From positions 198,642-262,641 of the forward strand of contig CAVYSE010000018.1 of assembly GCA_963771075.1 (NCBI GenBank): 64,000 nucleotides of DNA, in the 5' to 3' direction. A program made the translations under genes and the position numbers. The DNA is from a candidate division FCPU426 bacterium (GTDB taxonomy: Bacteria > Oederibacteriota > Muellerivitia > Muellerivitales > Muellerivitaceae). Positions 58,929 through 64,000 of the stretch are shown one piece after another. Positions within the stretch are counted from its first letter, which is position 1. Every line of letters starts with the position of its first letter. Below the pieces are notes generated by a model. The model was not told where the DNA came from, made no database searches, and saw only the letters and a program-made list of their open reading frames with translations.

Positions 58929-61900
58929 ATGAACAAGTTAAAACCCTTTTTATACGGCGTAATTTTGGTTGGGTTTTCCCCGGCGCTTTACGCGGCGGCC
59001 GTTACCTTTACGGTCGATCCGACCCAAAACAATAGCCCCATCTCCCCCTATATTTACGGTTCGAACAGCGCCATCACGAACGTCGCCAATACCTATTACC
59101 GGTGTGGCGGAAATCGTCTTTCCGCCTATAACTGGGAAACCAACTGGTCGAACGCCGGGAGCGACTACTATTACGAGAACGATACCCTGATGGGAAGCCT
59201 CTCCTGGGGCCCCGGGGGAACGGCGGTGACCTTTCTAAACCAAAACAAGGCCAGGGGGGCGGACTCCCTTTGGACCTTGGCGTTGGCTGGCTACGTATCC
59301 GCGAATGGCGAGACCCCCGTGCAGGTTCCAACCGCCGATTTCATGGCCGCTCCCGGGCAAACCGACCCCCACGGCAATTTCTTTCCGGTCACCTTCGTGA
59401 AGGGTTCGCCCTTCGCCGACCCGCCCAACACCGCCGACGGGGTGGTCTATATGGACGAGAGCGTCAACTACTTCGTCAACCACCTGGGCAAGGCCGGAAG
59501 CGGGGGGATCCGGTTTTACGACCTGGACAACGAGCCAGGCGCCTGGTCCGCGGTTCACCAAGAAATCCATAATTATCCCGTCAGCTACATCGAGGTCGCG
59601 ACCAAGGGCATTACCGTGGCGACCCAGACGACCGCGCTGGATTCGGGCGCCCAGATCCTCGGGCCGGTCGCGGACGGCTGGTCCGACATGATCAATTTGG
59701 GCGGAGCACCCGACGCGGGAAATTACTCAGCCTATAACACCAACAACACCTGGGTGCCCTTCCTGAACTATTACCTGGCCATGTTCCAGCAGGCTTCCGC
59801 CACTGCGGGGCGGAGGCTTTTGCATTACCTGGATTGCCATGTTTACTCCGAGGGCACGGACGCCGCGGGTAGCCGAATCAACGACGCGGATGTCAGCCAG
59901 GACGCGGCCACGACCCGCATGCAGCTTCCCCGGGAAATGTGGGACCCAACCTTCACGGAGAACAACTGGATTTCCTGCTGCGTCCCCCATTATGGTCCCC
60001 TGACGCTCATCCCCCGGCTCCAGGCCGCCGTCAGCCAGTATTACCCCGGCACGAACCTGGCCTTCACGGAGTACGACTACGGGGGAGGTGGCGACATTTC
60101 GGGCGGTATCGCCCAGGCGGACTTCCTGGGCATCCTGACGAAGGTCCCGGGCACCCTAGCCTCCATTTGGGATGTGGGGGCGGGCCAGCAGTACCTCACC
60201 TGCGCCTTCAACTTTTACCTCGACTACGACGGGTCGGGGTCCAAGTTCGGGGACACCTCCATCCTGGCCAATTCCAACAACGTGCCCGAGGCCACGGTTT
60301 ACGCCGCCAAGGACAGCAGCCACCCCGACCGATTGAACGTGATCATCCTGAACAAGGATTACACCAACAACAATACCGCCAGCGTGACCCTCTCCAACCT
60401 GGGAACGGGCCAGCAAATCGCCTCCATCCGGGCCTTCCGATTCGACTCGGCGATTTCCGTCATCACCGCCTCGACCGCGCCCTCCTTCACGGCCAACACC
60501 TTTACCGATACCCTCCCTTTTCGTTCCGCGAGCCTTTACGAGCTGACCCTCAGCCAGGGCTTCTTCACTTCCACCCCCTCGGCCACCCCGACCCTGACGG
60601 CCACCACCACCGGCACCCAACCCACCCTTACCCGTACCCCCACGGTGACCCTGACCCCCAGCATCACTCTCACCCCTATCGCCACCCTGACGCCCACATT
60701 CACCGCCACCCAATGCGTCCAGTTGCTCAATGGCTGTGAATCCCTGACGGAGAACGGGTCCTGGTCCGGAAGCAACTCGAACCTATCCCTATCGACCACG
60801 GATGCCACCCAGCTCACCCACAGCCTGCAGGCGGCGGTGACCAACAACCCGGCGGGTGGGTGGAACGACCAGGTTTTTAACCTTTCGGGCTTTACCCCCA
60901 CCAATTGGTCGAATGTGAGCCAGCTGATGGTGGATATCAACGTGCCGGCAGGCCTGATCGGTTCCTCCTATAGCCAGTTTTACCTTTTCGCGGACTCGGC
61001 CCCAACGACCTACGAGCAGGAACTCGCCACCAACGGGGTCAACGTGGTGGCGGGCCAGAACAACAACCTGACCTTCAACATCAGCCTCACGGGGGCCTTT
61101 AACCCCAGTTCCCCCATCACGAAGCTTTATTTTATTTACAACAACAACGCTCCCACGGGGGCCGGGACCTACGGAAGCTTTTACGTGGATAATATCCGGC
61201 TGGTGGCGGCCTGCGGGACCGCTCCCACCCCGACCTCGACGCCCAGCCGAACCGCCACACCGACCCCCAGTATGACCGGGACCCCGACGATGACCGTCTC
61301 CACCACCCCGACTTCAACGCGTTCGCAAACACCGACCTTTTCCCCCACGGTGAGCGCTACCTGGACCGGTACGGCCACCCTTACCCCGCCCGCAAACACC
61401 GCCACGGCGACCCCGTTTAATTCCCCTACCCCCACTCGAACGATGACCCTGACCGCGACTTCCACTTTCACACCTACGGTCCCTTTCACCTGGACGGCGA
61501 CGGGGACCTATACCATGACGCCGACGGCAACCCTTTCCCCCACCCCCACAATCACCCTTACCCCGTCCCCTTCAACGACCCGAACACCCTCCGTGACTTT
61601 GAGCCCGACCGCCACCTCCACCCCAACCCTATCGCCTTCCGTCACCCAAACACCGCCATTAAGTTACACACCCACACAATCCCCCACGATCAGCCTGACG
61701 CCCACCCCGACCTCAACGGGCACCCTCACCCGGACGCCAACGGCGACCAACACGGGAACCCCAACCTTTACCCTCACCCAGACTCCAACGGGAACCTATT
61801 CCGCCACTGCTTCACCCACAATAACCCCCTCGCCCACCCCTACTTCGACCTGGACAACCACCCCAACCAAAAGTCCCACTGGCACCATGACCCCCACGGA

Positions 61901-62579
61901 TACCCTTTCGCCCTCGGCATCCTTCACCGTCACCTTGACCCCGACTTCAACGATCAGCTGGACCGCGACCTCGACCGGGACTCAAACGGAAAGCCCCACC
62001 GGGACGCCGCCGCCTACCCTAACCCTTTCCCCCACGTCGACCGGAACGGCCACCCCGACCCTGACCCCAACCCACACCTGGTCGCCCACCTTCACCGCCA
62101 CGCCTACCGGGACAAATTCTTATACCTCGACGGCAACGCCGACAAATACACCCACCCAAACGAACAGCCCGGTTCCGGCGACCCTCACACCCAGCGCCAC
62201 GCTGGTCTTTACCGGAACCTATACCTTGACCGCGACCATTACCCCGACGGTGACCTTGAGTCCCGCTTTCACCGGGACCGCGACCCGGACGGCTACGCCG
62301 GTTCTATTGCCGCAGTCCCAACCAGTGCTCTATCCCAACCCCGCCCTTGGAAACACGGTCAATCTGTCGATTCCCTATGGAGGAAACGTGCAGGTGGTGG
62401 TTTACACCCTGGCGTTCCGAAAGGTGATTCACATGAACCTTTCCCAACAAGTTCCCGGAGGGGTGGTGGTCTTAAGCCTGACGGATGATTGGGGTAAGCC
62501 CATTTCCGACGGCCTTTATTACGTGGTGGTCACGGGGCAGGGAAAAAGGTGGCTTGGGAAATTGCTCGTCCTGAGATAA
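58929..62579 (+). CDS. secreted glycoside hydrolase family 44 (endoglucanase/xyloglucanase-like) with CBM-like middle domain, long TP linker and T9SS type-A-like CTD
   Basis: …ISPYIYGSNSAITNVANTYYRCGGNRLSAYNWETNWSNAGSDYY…, …FYDLDNEPGAWS…, …AFTEYDYGGGGDISGGIAQADFLGILTK… match GH44 (Paenibacillus polymyxa GH44-type) blocks recalled from memory. Confidence 0.75.
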   Translation: MNKLKPFLYGVILVGFSPALYAAAVTFTVDPTQNNSPISPYIYGSNSAITNVANTYYRCGGNRLSAYNWETNWSNAGSDYYYENDTLMGSLSWGPGGTAVTFLNQNKARGADSLWTLALAGYVSANGETPVQVPTADFMAAPGQTDPHGNFFPVTFVKGSPFADPPNTADGVVYMDESVNYFVNHLGKAGSGGIRFYDLDNEPGAWSAVHQEIHNYPVSYIEVATKGITVATQTTALDSGAQILGPVADGWSDMINLGGAPDAGNYSAYNTNNTWVPFLNYYLAMFQQASATAGRRLLHYLDCHVYSEGTDAAGSRINDADVSQDAATTRMQLPREMWDPTFTENNWISCCVPHYGPLTLIPRLQAAVSQYYPGTNLAFTEYDYGGGGDISGGIAQADFLGILTKVPGTLASIWDVGAGQQYLTCAFNFYLDYDGSGSKFGDTSILANSNNVPEATVYAAKDSSHPDRLNVIILNKDYTNNNTASVTLSNLGTGQQIASIRAFRFDSAISVITASTAPSFTANTFTDTLPFRSASLYELTLSQGFFTSTPSATPTLTATTTGTQPTLTRTPTVTLTPSITLTPIATLTPTFTATQCVQLLNGCESLTENGSWSGSNSNLSLSTTDATQLTHSLQAAVTNNPAGGWNDQVFNLSGFTPTNWSNVSQLMVDINVPAGLIGSSYSQFYLFADSAPTTYEQELATNGVNVVAGQNNNLTFNISLTGAFNPSSPITKLYFIYNNNAPTGAGTYGSFYVDNIRLVAACGTAPTPTSTPSRTATPTPSMTGTPTMTVSTTPTSTRSQTPTFSPTVSATWTGTATLTPPANTATATPFNSPTPTRTMTLTATSTFTPTVPFTWTATGTYTMTPTATLSPTPTITLTPSPSTTRTPSVTLSPTATSTPTLSPSVTQTPPLSYTPTQSPTISLTPTPTSTGTLTRTPTATNTGTPTFTLTQTPTGTYSATASPTITPSPTPTSTWTTTPTKSPTGTMTPTDTLSPSASFTVTLTPTSTISWTATSTGTQTESPTGTPPPTLTLSPTSTGTATPTLTPTHTWSPTFTATPTGTNSYTSTATPTNTPTQTNSPVPATLTPSATLVFTGTYTLTATITPTVTLSPAFTGTATRTATPVLLPQSQPVLYPNPALGNTVNLSIPYGGNVQVVVYTLAFRKVIHMNLSQQVPGGVVVLSLTDDWGKPISDGLYYVVVTGQGKRWLGKLLVLR
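62322..62579 (+). repeat. ~255-bp CTD-coding segment ~90% identical to 58520-58777 (GH9 CTD)
   Basis: Direct DNA comparison of the two gene 3' ends. Confidence 0.8.
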
Positions 62580-62699
62580 AAATTTCGGTCCGCAAGTTAT
62601 TCTTTGTTTTTCTTTGGTAAAAGGCATGGTTTTCATTCCACCTTCATTAAAATTCGTGCGCCGGTTAGCCGATAAAGAGTTAAAATAGGGTTGTAGGAA

Positions 62700-63047
62700 G
62701 GGTTCCGAGGGTAGCGCCCATGGGCGCGGCGGGGACTTAAGGTCCCAAACCGATAGGGAACCCGGTCGCCGAAAGCCGGATGACTGGAAAGGGTTTCAAA
62801 GTGGGCACCCTCTGGGGTGCGGCGGGAACTGAGGTTCCAAAGCGCGGAAAACCCGGCCTGGTTGGTTCGGTGGACTCTTGAAGAGTGGTTGTGGTTTGCG
62901 AAGTTTGTTTTTGAAGTGAAACGGGTAGGAGTTAGTACAATCGTCGGAAGGGTTCAAGGGTTACGCCGAATGGCGCGGGGCAAAGGCCCAAAACCAAGTA
63001 AGAATCCTGCTGAAGATATTGCTAGTGTAGAGGGAAGGTCGCAGTGA
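62700..63047 (+). ncRNA. candidate structured RNA (unknown class) ending at a rho-independent terminator
   Basis: No plausible ORF; duplicated module [GC palindrome]–GCGGCGGGRACTKAGGTYCCAAASCG at ~62725-62766 and ~62798-62842; many GC hairpins. Confidence 0.3.
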
Positions 63048-63049
63048 AG

Positions 63050-63093
63050 TCGGCCCTGGGGCGCCTGCCGGCCCCGGGGCTTTTTTATTTCTG
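63050..63093 (+). terminator. rho-independent terminator
   Basis: GGCCCTGGGGCGCCTGCCGGCCCCGGGGC followed by TTTTTTATTT. Confidence 0.55.
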
Positions 63094-63271
63094 GGCACCC
63101 ATCCTGAATGAACTGTTGTAGGACCTTATTAACATCCGCTCCAACTCAAACCTAGGAATTCAGGGCAAATGGGTTGAACGTTTTTGGGGGCCAAGCCTCG
63201 CAAATAATAGAGATTGTTCCTCTATATTGATCTTCGGCGAGTTTTGGTCCTGTCGGTAAAGCGCTGGACCC

Positions 63272-63808
63272 TTAAATGAACTTGTGGCGGATCGTCAGGT
63301 TCAAGGCCACGAAGAGGCCAAGCGCGCATTCCATCCCGAAGGCGATGAACAGCCGTTTTCGGATTTGGGGGTCTGGCGAGAAGATGGCAGATAAAAAGTC
63401 GAAGGGTGCCAGGAAAATCACCGCGAAAATGCGGACGATGACTAGAAACAAGAATAGGTCCACGGGAACGTTTTTCATCACGGCCTCCATTGGGAGAAGC
63501 AAATTCAGGGTGACCCCGGCTATCTCCATCAAGGGTCCGGTGGCCGCCAGCCCCAGCACGGCCCAGGAATAACCGCGCCAGAACCAGGGGGCCTTTCGGA
63601 GAAAGAAGAGCGCCAAGAGGGTGGGAAACAGGGCGGCGACGCCCGAGACCTCAAAAAAGAGAATGGCCGAGCCTTCGGCGTACATCCCGGAAGATTGGTT
63701 GGCCCAGGCCGGGGCGAACCGTTCATGCAGGTCCTCAACTAGCAGGCCTAGCCCAAGCGCCGCTACATAACCCAACAGGACTAGAGCCACTTTGAAGGTT
63801 GTTTTCAT
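63272..63808 (-). CDS. hypothetical integral membrane protein (4-5 TM helices)
   Basis: 178-aa hydrophobic ORF with N-terminal MKTTFKVALVLLGYVAALGLGLLV. Confidence 0.5.
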   Translation of the reverse strand: MKTTFKVALVLLGYVAALGLGLLVEDLHERFAPAWANQSSGMYAEGSAILFFEVSGVAALFPTLLALFFLRKAPWFWRGYSWAVLGLAATGPLMEIAGVTLNLLLPMEAVMKNVPVDLFLFLVIVRIFAVIFLAPFDFLSAIFSPDPQIRKRLFIAFGMECALGLFVALNLTIRHKFI

Positions 63809-64000
63809 GGGTCCAATTTAGCGCAAAAAGGGGAGCGGGAGCGTCTGTTTTTTAGTAACCGGGATGGCTAGATGGGTACTCGTAAACCAAGGTGATCAAA
63901 ATGAATCAGATCGATTTACACGAAAGGGGAACGCCATAACTGTTCAGGGAACGGTAAAGCAACCTCAACACGAGGTACTATTAAAGTAAAGAAATAAAAT

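Noticed and set aside
62700-63047. Assignment of the intergenic structured region to RNase P RNA, tmRNA, SRP RNA or 6S RNA
   Set aside because: Conserved cores are absent on inspection: GGAAAGUCCGGGCUCC and ACAGAAACCCGGCUUA for RNase P, a tRNA-like 3' end with ACCA for tmRNA, and the SRP domain IV GGAA/AGCAGGG motif. It is left as an unclassified candidate ncRNA.

Overview
This is a high-GC bacterial chromosomal segment with two contrasting parts. The backbone (about 1-18.5 kb and 38.3-64 kb) carries housekeeping and envelope genes: a thioredoxin-fold protein, otsB, qor, an M16 peptidase pair, a two-component system, citrate synthase, a GT39/ArnT-like and a GT2 glycosyltransferase, a beta-lactamase-fold hydrolase and an SGNH hydrolase. 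It also carries at least five large secreted proteins that share an unusual build: an N-terminal catalytic or unknown domain (including a GH9 and a GH44 glycoside hydrolase), a very long Thr/Pro (TPTPT...) linker, and a C-terminal sorting domain of the T9SS type-A (Por_Secre_tail / FlgD-Ig-like) kind. A PorV/FadL-like outer-membrane beta-barrel gene sits beside one of these cargo genes and is interrupted by a 1-nt frameshift in a poly-G run. Between a tRNA-Glu gene (18502-18576) and about 38.3 kb lies a visibly AT-richer mosaic island, found on both sides of the IS21 element (roughly 19.8-26.2 kb and 28.9-34.3 kb). The tRNA is followed by two degenerate copies of its own 3' end and an AlpA-like excisionase fragment, so this looks like an integration hotspot with no surviving integrase. 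The island carries an MNT/HEPN pair, an IS200-like (HUH-Y1) transposase fused to a DnaA-C-like HTH, an IS21 element with a frameshifted istA and intact istB, a large Type IIG/IIL (MmeI/Eco57I-like) restriction-modification fusion enzyme preceded by an unknown membrane protein, a PIN toxin module, a Fic protein, and a Spy/CpxP/ZraP-like periplasmic protein flanked by 29-bp direct repeats. The most promising candidate for an undescribed system is the co-directional triad at 23.6-26.2 kb: a PD-(D/E)xK nuclease-fold protein, a zinc-ribbon protein fused to a nucleoside-2-deoxyribosyltransferase-like domain, and a DUF2971-like protein. It is bracketed by two insertion sequences. Three further oddities stand out. 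A 1100-aa ParB-like membrane protein has four perfect in-frame 69-bp tandem repeats inserted into its ParB N-domain. A roughly 320-bp nested palindromic MITE-like element sits at 41.7-42.0 kb. A roughly 400-nt terminator-capped intergenic region at 62.7-63.1 kb has a duplicated hairpin module suggesting a structured ncRNA. All calls rest on reading the six-frame translations and the DNA by eye; no database search was possible.
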